Shown in pieces: positions 46,958-59,320 of a DNA stretch of 64,000 bases. Under the pieces are notes generated by a model that worked only from the letters and a program-made list of their open reading frames with translations, had not been told where the DNA came from and made no database searches. Position 1 is the first letter of the stretch. Each line of letters opens with the position of its first letter. The position numbers were made by a program, and so were the translations under genes. Source of the stretch: Amoebophrya sp. A120 (taxonomy: Eukaryota > Protista > Dinoflagellata); assembly GCA_905178155.1 (NCBI GenBank), contig CAJINV010000003.1:1080968-1144967 (forward strand), read 5' to 3'.

Positions 46958-49900
46958 CTAATGATCCTCTTCCTCTTTAGCAATGTAAAAGTCGTCCGGG
47001 TGTACTGGATGACAGAGCATTGGCTTGCTTGAGTGTTTACTTGGGTTGAAAGTCAGAGGATCTTGGTTTTGCCAAGCGTAGTGAAATTCAGCGCTCTCGC
47101 GGAGCGAAAGCTCTTTCATTCCATTCACCATGATTGCGACAAGCAGCTGTTCTCCGAACAGGAAGACGACCATGAACAGGAAAAATTGCACCAGCAATTC
47201 CAGCGTGCTCGTAGTAGCCAACGCGAGAGGTACCTCGCTCGCAGAAGCAGCGTGACTCTTGCTGCGACTGAGTGCGCCTGCCGCAGCGTTGGGATTGTCG
47301 TCGCGACCCGCAAATACGCCAGAAAACGCCTGTTCACTACTTAGCAAGCGGCAGCCCGCCATCAGCACGAACCAGCCCTGGCTCCCCGCGTAGCGACTCG
47401 TGTGAAAGGCCGAGAGCAGTAGCACGGCGGTCCCCAGCAATGGCAGGATCACGAAGGCGCAGGTGGAAAAGAAAAGCGGCCGCATAGCCCGTAGAAGAAT
47501 GCTCTTCGCAAGTTTCAGTTGCGGAAAAAAACCAATGAAGTATCGCAGGGCCAGGGTGTTCATGCAGAGAAGCAAAATCACCAGCGTTGCCTGCAGTCCC
47601 CACTGCCCGGAGGAAGCCGCTGCGATCTTCTCGCTCACCGTCAGTGGAATTGCCGTTGTTGTGGACGTGGTAGTTGTACTATTCCCGGTCTGTAGTAACC
47701 GGACGATAGAAGATCCAGAATCCTTCAAGCCTTTTTCCGCGATAGAAGTTTCTGTTTCCCTAGCGGGTAAAAACTGATCACCCGAGGACAAAACCGATTC
47801 GCTCTGCCAAGATGAACTACTGGTGACAATTTCGGTTATTTCCTGCCGGGCGTTGTTTGGTCCATCGAAAGTACTAGCTCCGTACTGGTAATTTTCTCGG
47901 CCGTATGGTGGACCAGCAATTTTACGCCAAAACCACGCAGCGAGGCCTGAGTTCGCCCCCTCGCGCGGTTCGGTGGGGAGGTTTCCTACTTCGCTGGAAT
48001 CAAAAACCCCAGTCGACATCCCTTCCTCCTCTTCCAATCTCCTACTCGACAAAGAACTCGTCGTGCTGTTGGCGCCGGTTCTCTCCAGCGCCAGCTCCTC
48101 CGCCGTGTCGGTGCCGACGGCCCACAGACTGGTGGAAAAGAACATGATCATGAAGGTGAGCAGCACGATGAACAGCAAGAGCTGCAGGCCGTGCGAGTAG
48201 AGCGAAAATCGTTCCGCCTCCTCCTTAAAGTGCGGCTTCACGATCCGCCGCAGGGACAGGAGAAACACCGCGATCGAAAAGATGGTGGCGAAAACGATGA
48301 AAATGACCTGCCCGGTTGACGCGCCCTTCGTCGTCTGGTACTGCACCTGCAACACGGGGCCCACGCCGCCGGAATTCCGTATGTCGAACAAAAGCCGCGA
48401 CACAACGAGCCCCTCCTCGTTCGAGTTGTAAAAGAAAGTGTTGAACAGAAAAGCCCGGGCGTAGGCGAGCGTTGTGTCCTTGGCGGTGAGCGCGGTCTGT
48501 AGGTCTGTTAGGAAGAGGCTTGCGCCCGTCGAGTCCAGCAAATAATCGGGATCGGCGCTCGCTTCCGGCAGGGGCAGGTCCTCTATGGACGTGCGGCACT
48601 GCGCAAAAAAATCTCCGAACATCTTCTGCACGGCAGCAGCGCGGTCATTCGGGCACGGGTAAACCGACTCCGTGTAGGACAAAGATGAACTAGTACTTTG
48701 CAGCGCACGTCCGCCTCGTTGCGATCGCATCAGCTGGGAGTCAACGACGGGGCTCTCGTTGGAGGGAGTCTCCTCTTCGGTACTCGACGGCGAAGTAGGT
48801 TCCAAAGATCCCGGCAAAGGTTCCGTCGCAACACCGGCGCGATCGCCATCGAAACTACTAGCAAGGAGACCGGTCGTTTTCGGTCTCTGCTCTGGCTGAT
48901 CTTCCTCGTTAACCAGCTGCAATCGACGAAGAAGCGCCGTCAAATTGGTTCCGTTTGTGCCATTTGTGGCATTGACCACAGGTTCGACAGTGGTAGTGGT
49001 TGTGACCGCCGCAAAGCTTGTTGCCGACACGATGCCAGTTGTGATGAGCGTGAGACCTGAGAGGAAGATTGCAGATAAAAACTGATGAAAGAACTACCCG
49101 CACAAGGTTACGAATAGTGTTAGGCAGCCCGCAATAACACACGAAAATAGCCAGAACAACATGTTTCGAAACTTTTCATTCCCATCGCACCCCGTCCGAT
49201 CGGGGTTTCTACGAAAAGAAAGCGCCATCAAGACGACAGGGAAGATCATCAACGTACCAGAAGTCGATATGTTCAAGGCTCCAAGTTTTGTCTCTAACGC
49301 CGCAAAGGTTGCATTCTGCAGCACCGCTACGTCGAGTGTCCGCATCACAGCCAAAGCTGCAACTGAGGTACGAGCATTCCCCCCACTGATGGTAATCTCT
49401 GTGGTTGCCGTGGCGGTCGTGAGCTGCCGCCGCAACGGCCGCTCTTCCTCCGGCTCCTCCTGCTCTGCAGTATTACCCGTGGAGGTCCCCGCAGGATCTA
49501 CTGGCGCTAGCAGAAGATTCCGCAGCAGGCGGGCCCACGTGGTGACTGCGGTTGTTTGCGACACGCACACAGCCGCGGTCGCATAAACCGTCCCAGAGAC
49601 TAGAGACGCACACAAGGTTTCGTACGTGGCTTCGTGGTAGAGGAGCTTCAACGTAGCCACCTCGGCGGTCGTGTAGTTCAAAAACGTCAATGACGCAGTA
49701 ATGGTGTGCGTGCTCTGCGTTTGCTGCGTTGACAGCGTGCTCCCGAGCGGGGCCAAGACCAGCGTGTTGCTGGCCTGCGACGCCGCGGGCTCCGTCACGT
49801 ACAGGTGCGCCTTCCCCAGTTGGAATAAGTTGTCCACCGCATTGCTGGCATCTTCGGTGAGTGCCAACGGCAGTGCGCTGCGCCCGAACTCCATAAACGT

Positions 49901-51540
49901 CGGCCGCGTTCGCACTGCGGGGAGCGACTGCTGTGTGGCGGGGACGCGAGTGTCCCACACACTGAAGGGCGTGCTCAGTATCTGAATTTCTGCGAGGCGG
50001 CGTGGACTTATTTCTTCCTCCAAGTCTGGCAGTTCTTGCTCTGGATCATCGGCTGTAAGTTTTCTCTCTGCAGTGCTACTTGTGCTCGCAAGAACGTCAT
50101 ATTCACGAGCAAAAGCAGCTCCCTGCGTGCTCGCGAAGGCTTCTTGCTCCGCTGAAAGCGGATAAGTTGTATCCGTATCGGGAGAAATAGTAGAACCATT
50201 TTCGTCGCTCATCAGCTCCCTTGGCGTTGGCGGCTGCTCATCCATTATGCCTAGCAACCTCCGTCGCCTCGCAGCTGGGGGCAGGAACGCGAGTTGCGTT
50301 GGCGAAGGCGGCACGAAGGTCTCCCGATAACTCACTCGGCTCTGCAAGTTCAGCTGCACCTGCCGGAGATTAAACGCCGCGCTGCGGTCCGCGTCGAGAA
50401 ACAAGTAGAGCATGACGACGAAGAGCAGAAACAGCAGGCACTCCACGAACCGGCACTGCAAGTCGAACACCGCCTTCTGTCGCTTGATCCGCCCGCGCTC
50501 GATCAGTTCCTGCAGGGTGGGGATTTTCGACGGGTCGACCGGATCCAAGTCAATTTCCATCTGGCCGCGCAGCTTCCGGTGCAGCGCCAGCTGCTGCTTC
50601 AAAAACGGGTGGTTGAAGGAGAAGTCCCGCCATTTTTGCCCCTTGGGCGCCAGCGTGTCCACCACGACCAATTCCGTGGTCGCCTTCACCAGGGTGAACC
50701 GGTAGTACTGGTTTGAGACCACGTAGTCACTGCCCGCGGGCAGGATGATCTCCCCCAGCGTCATGCTGTCCGGTACCAGCTGGCCCTCGCGGTCGAGGAA
50801 AAACACGATCTCCTGCTCCAGCCCCCAGTACTTCGCGGCCTGCTGCTGCAGGCTGAGAATCTTGGCATCCACCTGCACCATGAACACCGCGAGCAAGCTC
50901 CCGCTCCCCTCGACGACCGGCTTCCCCGTAACGGACTTCACGTGGTACACGACCTCCACCTTCATCTCGTTCTTTGCGACGTTGGTCGGGGACGAAGCGG
51001 TTGAAGCATTTCCGGCTCCACCACCTCCACGACCCGCCGACCCTGTCCCTTTCTGCACGAGAAACTGCACCAGCACGTTGTTGCAGCCGGAGTGGCACTG
51101 AAAGAGTGCCTCGTCGGACAGCCCCGCGGACGCGTTTTCCTTCAACTCCGCCAGCCGGCCCTCGGTGGACGCGAGGTCGAGCGTAACGCGCTGCAGATCC
51201 TCCTGCGTTTCCAGCACTTCCTTCCCCTTTTTTTGCACCAAGGCGTTGACGAGCTGGCCCTGCTTCGTGAGGTCGTGGACGATGCGCTCCAGCGTATGCA
51301 CTGCAAAACTATCGTACTCGTACTATTAATCGCAGTCATGCATAACAAATCTCGATCTTAAGGAAAATCCGCATTACATTTCTCATGCTGAGCTAATTTG
51401 TGATGCAATTCATACATACTAGTACGTGCACGACACTTTTGCGATGCATACAGCGCGTCCTTCTGCAAAATGCGGTCCACATGCTTCTCATCCACGATCC
51501 CCTCCACCACGTCCTGCTCCGTGCCCAGTCGCGGATCCAT
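46958..51540 (-). CDS. Polycystin-2/PKD cation channel-like membrane protein; start uncertain
   Basis: FLLFVVMLYLF first TM; FNTFFYNSNEEGLVVSRLLFDIRNSGGV resembles the polycystin domain end; last TM FFLFMVVFLFGEQLLVAIMVN; N-terminal coiled coil. Confidence 0.65.
51295..51450. mobile_element. Family C TIR introner, 156 bp
   Basis: TATGCACTGCAAAACTATCGTAC ... GTGCACGACACTTTTGCGATGCATA. TSD CAGCG. Interior similar to 36871..37019. Removal gives KDAL-ERIVHDL. Confidence 0.9.
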
Positions 51541-52729
51541 GATGTCGGGCAGAAAGTATATTCAAATGCCCCCCTCGACGTCGCCACACAGCTTTTAAAG
51601 GGAGTGAAAGCCAGGAGCGGTCGGCGACCGTACCTGCATGTGCGGCACGTGTCGCCCCGGAACGCTGGATGATGAAATCACCCGCGAAAAATTTTTATCG
51701 AGTCCAGCTCTTACCTCTGCATCTTTGTCCCGAGGTGCGCTTGGTCCTCGCGGCTATCGGTGCCATGCAAACGATCTTCTTGGAAACTCGAGCTGCAAGA
51801 ACAACCTGTAGTGCCTCTCTACAGCGTCGAACATGATGGCAGCCGCCTCTCCTCTGCATTTGGCTCTCGCGAAAACACTCCGAACATGGAATGGGGCCGA
51901 AGATAGAGAGCTGTTCATTTATCGCAGCGCGGTCGCTCTTGATTGTGAATAAGTCGAAATTCGAGAAGATACTCTCCAGCGCACTGTCTCGCCCATAGCG
52001 ACAGTTCACGACGCTCCAAGGGTCATACGCCGGCAGTAGCTCCGATTCCGGTGCAAGGCACGGATTTCCTGGGATCCCATACGTTGGCGCAGCAATCGCA
52101 GCCGAATCTGCTATCTCGCGCAAGCCAGTACAACAGAAAAGCGCCGCTACGACCACGAGATGTGTGTGCCTATCGGCCGCACTGGGAAAATGATGGAATG
52201 GTGAGTAGAGGTAAGTACATGACATTGTCCAAAATGAAACCGCCATTGTACAGGTCTTTCGTACGTACACGTGAGATTTTTTGGCCATCGTACGACATTC
52301 ATCTATTGCCGGTAGCTGGTGGACTAGCTGGTCGAAAAGCTCTGGTGTGTTAAAAGTGTTTGTGATACTCTGCACCGCAAAACAGTTGTCATTGGAAACT
52401 TCTAAAAAAATGTGGCTGCACAGGAGTACAACATAAACTTTCCGCGAATTTCTACTGCATGTCTTCAGGTTGATTGTAACGTAAAGAAACATTTGAAAAA
52501 ACTTTGTAAAGAGGCATTTCTTTGGACATTCTGAGTAAATTATTGCTTGAGTTGTCTATAAACGAAACTTGAACTTGTTGTGAGACTCACTCTACTTGTT
52601 GTTTTACATAGCATACTCTGATGAAATGCGAAATGGACTTGAAACTTCGAAAATGTTCTCTCGAAGCGATTAGCGGCGTAATTCATGGTAAGTACCGCCA
52701 ATGCTTTTCTGCCCTGGTTAAGAAGTATT

Positions 52730-55700
52730 TCACGGCGGCAGTTGCCTCGTATTAGCCAGGGCAGTTTCGAGATTCAAAATGCGGTTGTGGACGCCCTGCT
52801 GTTCCTCTTCTGTGGGCTCCTGCTCTTCCAGCCATTCTGCCTCCCACTGTCGCACGTTGCTCACAATGGTCTCCGCGCACGTGTACGTAGAGGGCATGAT
52901 GATGGCGAACTGGAAGTACAGTGGCGCCACAACGAACTCGATGAATCCCATTTGACTCTGCGGCTTTTTCACTTTCTCCCGGTCGTTCAGCATCTGCACG
53001 GTTAATCCTCGCGACTTCTCCAAATCTCCCTGCAGAAAGAACTCCTCGAGAACCTGTGGACGAACAAGTGTTTTTGAAAGAAAGCTCGCCATCGGATCAG
53101 GGGCGGGAATTACGTCGAAAGAAAACAACGAAATAAGTATGCGCTGGCGAAGTGGTTTCCAACAAAACGAAATTGAAGCTCTTTACGAACACGAATAAGT
53201 ACCAAATAAGCCCACGCTCTGCAAATCGGGAAGGGCTTCATGGGATTGCTGATGTCCGCTGAGTGAAGGATCAAATTCCGCAACAAAGCCGCCTTTTCCG
53301 GCTGTTTCCAGAACTCCACTGCCTCCGCGGGCAGTTCCCATTGCGACTGCTGGCCCAGTGAGAGCGCCGCCCCGGACTGGTAGCTGTGACTTTGCAGCTG
53401 CCAGTACTCGTGTTGCACCAACTGGATAATTTCGCTGTTTTCCTCGTGGAGGAGTTTGATGTGCGACACCATCGGGAAGTGGTTGATCATGTCGGTGTGC
53501 AGAATGGCGTCGATACTGACGCGACGAATCTCCATGTAGTGCGCCTTACTGCAGTTCGCAAAGACCGCGGTCTCCGGATTCACGAAACCCGCCTCAAACA
53601 TGATGGAGCAGTGCATGTTTTCCAAAGGCGACTTGTCATTGTATTTCAGCGCGAGAGGGTCGTTGCTTTCAACCTGAAGATAATAGACTTTTTTACCACA
53701 AACTCTCACTCGATTTCGATCTGCATCTGCTACTTTTCCGAAATACTAGGAGCCAAATGCAACGACAACGACTTCTACTTACTTACACAAAAAATTGCGA
53801 TTTCGATGCTGACTTAACGCATGAAGATGCTCTTTCACAGATCTCTTTATTCCTATTTGTTGTACCAGGAACGGGTTGTTGTAACCCGGGTGCCCGGCGT
53901 CGTGGCAAACCGCGGACAGCAGCATGGCGAACCGATCGGATTTGGAGAAGATGTCCCGCGTCTTGCACAGGTTTAGGAAGCTGTAGACGCCGTGGGCGAC
54001 GTCGACGGCGTGCAGCCAGTTGTGGTAGGGGTTCGTGTTCACGTACCTGCCCGAAATCTCCTCCAGGAACCGCTGAATCCGCCGCTCGTCGATCTTCAGC
54101 GTGTCCTTGATGAACCCACCGAGGTTCATGGCGTCGCCCTGCAAGAACCACAGCACCGCCGCGTAGGTCTGGAAATCGTCCAGCTCGAGCGGGTTGAACT
54201 CGAAAGACTCCACGTCCTCCAACGTCAAACCGGCCTGCATCAGCGCGACCCGCTGCAGCCGGAGGAATTCCTCGTCGCGAATCTCCTCCTCCTCTTCGGT
54301 CTTGTTCGTTTTCTGCTTGTACACCGCGGTCGCCGTGTACTGCTGGATCTCGTCGTCCAGCTAGAGATGAAACGAGTTTTATGTATAGCGGCCCTTTTGC
54401 ATCCTCGCTACACACAAAGAAGCGAGTAGTAGTGGTCTTTTCGTTTTCATCATTGTGAACTGTATTCTATTCATTCTGTTGCGAGAAAAAAAAACACAGA
54501 GGACTGAGTTACTTCTACGCTAACGCTACCAGTGGAGTACCTGATCCTTCATTTGTTTCGCCATGGTGATGTCAGTCAAAAGAGTGAGTTTGGACGCAAT
54601 CTTCGCCAGCAGTGCGGTTTCCATCAGACTGCCGTCAAACTCCATTTCATCCTCCTCGTCGTCGATTTCATCCTCCAGATCGTCGTCCTCGTCGTCGTCC
54701 CGCTTTATTGCCGACGACATGTCGCTCACACTTTTGAACATGGTCGCAGCCAGGTCGCGGACCTGGAAAAATTGTGATGATGATGATCTGCAGGAGGTTG
54801 CTGCACTTGGTCAGAAGTCACTTGCTTCATTAGGCAACCACAACCTATTGCGACAGCGACCAAAAACACGAGGCAGCAATGCCAACGGGAATGGTGAAGT
54901 TGTGAAGCGATAAAGTAAATGGTACCTGGTTCAGTAAACTCTCGAGTGGCAAGAGCACGACTTTCTGTATGACGCCCTGCAAGGCCATACTGAAGACCAC
55001 GAGAAGGGTCATGATGAGCGCAATCAGGACCATGTTCATTCCGGAGTCAAGCTGGTGTGTGTATGTGAAGTTGTACCGCACTTTTGCGATACTGTACGCG
55101 TGCGTGCTATTTCCCAATGGCGCGGGGCCGAGCTTGTCAGTTGCCTCCAGTGTCGGGTGAAGTGTGTTCCACTCAGAGCTGGTAAACAGGATGGGATCAC
55201 TTTTGCGAACAACCTGACATATTCATATTTTTGAGGGCGGGTAATGTCACGATATTAGAAGCGAGTTGAAAAAAACCACAAGACCCCCAGAAAAAAACTA
55301 CGCCTTCAAGCGCCGGAACTCGTTGAAAGTTAGATGCAAGAAGTCCCTGGAGTAGGATGATTCATCAAACACAAACACCACAGGTCAATACGATGTTCCT
55401 ATCATTCGGTTCGCTGCTGCCGTCCCGGCCGAAGGTTTCGAGGTAGTGCGTTGCGCCGGGTCCCGAAATATTATCGGTACCGGGGTACACAACCATCTCG
55501 CGGTAGTACGGCTTGGATTCCCAGACCGGTTCCGTGGTGCCCCAGTAGAATCTCCTTTCCAGCTCGTAAGGGTAGAACTCCTCCTTGGAAAAGAACCTTG
55601 CCATTTCGGCGCTCTTGCTTAGCGTGTCGGTCAGCTGCGTCTGCGCAACCAGATCCGGCCAGACGAGAAGGGACAAGTCCTGTTCCGCCAGTCGCACCGT

Positions 55701-58106
55701 CACGATCAGCAGACCGGGGATGAGAATCACCATGAAAATGATGACGAAGGAGACCCGAATCGAGACGGCTGCATGTAGTCGGTCGGAAATTTTCCGAGCC
55801 GTGCCGGCGTATTCGGAGGTCTGGCGCATGCCCGGCAGCATCTTCAAGATCTTGACCAGCCGAAAGAACCGCCCGGCACGCGCCGCTAGCTTAAACATCC
55901 TGGTTACCAGGATGATGGTCGCGTCACCGTCCTCACTCTGATAAAAATTGCATTTAGGAAGATGAACATTTGTTTGCCTAGCTTTATTCATCTCGCACCT
56001 CCGCACCTTGCAACTACAAACAAGCACTTCACAACAGAAAAACAAGCACAACTATAGTAGTACAAGTAGTGGGTGTGTCTATGAAAAACAACAAGTAGCC
56101 GCAGCCATGAGTACTCTTCTACCTGAGAATAGGTTGCCTCCGCGACGAAGCTGAAGTCTGCGACGACGGAGAGCATTCCGAGGGAGTCCATCCAAAAGAA
56201 AAAGGAGTAGGTATACCCAACCGTCCCGAGGCACTGGACGGATATTTCGAAGAGAAACGCGCCAATGACGAAGCCGAGCAGCACGTCCAGCGCCGTGGTG
56301 TTTGCCACGTCGCCCACCACCCACAGATCCGGGAAGTACAACGCGATCAAAAGGGTGAGCAGCATGACCATCTGGAACGTGGGGTCCTTTTGCATTTCCC
56401 GGGACGGCTTCTCCCAGCTGCGCACCAGGTTGCGCAGCTCCTGCAGCACTTGCGGTTCCCGTTGGAGTAAAACCGCGGACTGCTTCCCCGACCCGGCGGC
56501 ATTGTTCCGATTGAACGGCGAGACCGTGGCAATCACCGAGATGGGGGACGATATCAAGTTGGAGAAACCGCTTGTTGTTCCTTTCGAGTGCTTGCTCGGC
56601 GACGAGGAAGACATCGTTGGGCCGCGGTTTTGCGGCGTTGTGGTTGCGCCGGAGGAAGTGCCGGAAAGCTTCGCGGCCGCGCCGGGGGACGAAATCGATA
56701 AGCCGGCCTCCAAATCCGTGGCACTGCCGGAAGAGCCGAAACCGCCGCCGCCGCCCAGCGCCGCGTTCTCCAAGGCTAAAGCTTGCTGCTCCTGCTTCTC
56801 CTTCTCGAGCATCTCCGCCAACTCCGTTTTCCAATCGCTGGGCTCCATGCCGAACAGGTTCTCCCAGGTGCGCATGTAGTCGTTCAGCAGTAATGTTCGG
56901 TCGTCCTGGGGCCCGAACACCGTGGAGGCAACCTGCACCGGGAGTTTCCCGTCCTCGTCCCGCACAAAGGGGTCCGCGCCCGCGGAACAGAGGGCGGACA
57001 GCATCACCTCGTTCGAAGCAGACGGCAACTTCAGTGCGGTCAATAACGTCGGCCCCCGCGCGGGACTGGCGCCGGCGAGGAGCAGTGCCTGGAGCCCCAG
57101 GTAGTTGTCGTGCTCGATCGCGATTACCATCGGGATTTTGCTGATTCCTAAAGAGTTTGAGGTGGTCCTCGAGCCGTTATTCGCCACCTTCACCGCGGCA
57201 CGGTCCTCGAAGGTGCCGTTCTTGTCTGCGTGATACCAGAGCAGCAGCTCCACCAAAATCACCGAGAACATCTGCTCTCCATGAGTTGCCCCGCCGGAAC
57301 CCGGATTTTTTGCGCTAGACAGGGAAACCGCCGCGCAAAGCGGACTCCAGCCGTAGTGGTCCACAATGTCGTGTCTGGCCCCGCGAGAAAGCAACAGCCT
57401 CGCGGCCGCCACGTTCTTGTTCGCGCACGCAAGCAGCAGCGCCGTCTGCCCGCAGTCTGAAAGCGCATTGACGGAGGCACCGTGCTCCAAAAGCAGCTCC
57501 AGCATGGTTGTGCCGTTGCGCAGTTGCGGCCGAGACGCGACAAAACCTGGGTTACAGGAAGGTCTTTGATTTCAGCTATTTTGACTACACAGACTTCGAC
57601 CTAAAGTGCCTTCAAATCAAGCAACGAAGCAAAAACGGTAGCTGAAAAGGAACCTAGCAGCGTGGTGAAGGAATCGTGAAAGTCGTCGTAGCACGGGACG
57701 TCGATGCAGATGGACATCGTGCCCAGCATCTTCTTAACCTGCGTGACGTCCCCGCTGGCGACCACATTTCGAAGCTTGGTCAACCCTTCGAGATCGTCCT
57801 GCAGCTTGGTCAAAATGACCAAGTTATCACACAGAAAAAAGCTGGCAGGTCACATTTGTAATGCAAAAATAAATACACGAAAAACTCTGCACTGCGTATC
57901 CTAAGCAGCATGCTATGAGGCCGCCCATGACAGATTTTTCTGTGTATTAATTTTTGCATTACAAATATGCCCTGCCAGCTTTTTTCTGTGGGATACAAGT
58001 CCGCGGGGTTCAGCACTTCATCGCCCATCAGCCGGCTCGCGAGAGCAGCGGACGACGCGCCGCCGGCCCCGCCCGCGTCCTGGGGGTTCGCCAAACCCGG
58101 ATCCAT
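52730..58106 (-). CDS. Class I 3',5'-cyclic nucleotide phosphodiesterase with N-terminal ankyrin repeats and a multi-TM region
   Basis: PDE motifs YHNWLHAVDV, HDAGHPG, LENMH, TDM, LHSADISN, EFFLQGD and SQMGFI. Ankyrin GQTALLLAC and GWSPLCAAV. Canonical intron example: 53674..53865. Confidence 0.9.
57825..57995. mobile_element. Family E TIR introner, 171 bp, with ~58-bp TIRs
   Basis: TATCACACAGAAAAAAGCTGGCAGG ... CCTGCCAGCTTTTTTCTGTGGGATA. TSD CAAGT at 57820-57824 and 57996-58000. Removal gives PADL-VILTK. Confidence 0.93.
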
Positions 58107-59320
58107 GACAACCGCACAGTGCGGTCTTCGTCGAGACTAGTGTTCGACGTTTGAAATCACTTCATGTTCGACCAGATTTCATCACGAGCCGTCCTGCTTG
58201 AAGATGACCCGTCGATTTTGCTAGAAACAGCTTTTTGAATCAACGTAGCAAAGGATCAACATCATTGTGGCAGCCGCTTCAGCCACATGTAGTGGCGCAA
58301 TTGCTGAAAAAGACGAAATGAGACAGAAACCAGCGTTCTTGTTGACTTGGTTTAAGTATCTGAAAAAAATCTGTCATCGTGCTGTCCTAGCTACTCACGC
58401 TCAAGACCCGTTCATTCTTTCAGAGTGGAACAAAAAAAACGAACAAAGCGAAACACGGTTTGGAAAGCAGATGCGTTTTTCTGACTTCTGCGTCGGTTCT
58501 GCTGTAGCTATTCCTGCAACTTCAACATCATGTGTTTGTGTACATGTACATTTGTCCTGACACATTAACATACGATCCACTGCTGGTATAATTTCAGTGA
58601 CGCGAATACTCATCGACTACAAGAAGGGCGACGCCATGCAAACAGGCGATAGCAGAAGGAGCAAAAGTTGATTTTCTAGGAAACTACAGACGCAGATGCG
58701 ATAGCGAAGATTCTCGTAGAGATATAAATCAAGTACGAGGCTCTTTTTCGTTCTATAGGGTTCGTTAGGCTTTACGATACATAATCAAGATAGTCATTAT
58801 TCGACAGTTGCGTAGTTGAAAGACTTGAATTGTGAAGAGTAGAGGAGCAGAAACAATATTCGTCCAGAGTTACGTTTTGATTTTTTCGGTAACTAACGGT
58901 TTGTACAGTGTCTTTGTTTTTGAAAGTTAATTTTTTTCCAATGAATCAATGCTAAGTTTTACGTGGATGCAATGTCGAGTTCGAGATCAAATTCGAAGCA
59001 AAGCTATTCTTTCTATTTTACAACCAACTATTGAAAAGTTTCCTTCGTAGGGACACAAGCTGCTACTGCTAGCAGGGAGCTTCTCTTTGCTTACGTTGCA
59101 TCCATCTCATTTATTTCGCGTGAAGCAACACACACACACATACTCTGACATGCGCAACCTTGCAGCAACAGATCAACTGCTGCATAGCGGAGTCGCTCAG
59201 AGTCTTTAGTGCTTGCCGTCTTCCTGTGTATTCTTGTTACGTTAAACTGAAAGAGATACAGCTATCTCTAGAACAAGTATTTAGCATTTCTTTTCCCCAA
59301 ATCGCGATTTTGAAACTTTG

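Noticed and set aside
51560-52492. ORF 51695..52492 as a gene or as upstream exons of the polycystin-like gene
   Set aside because: No recognisable motif, and I could not join it in frame to the 51540 ORF.
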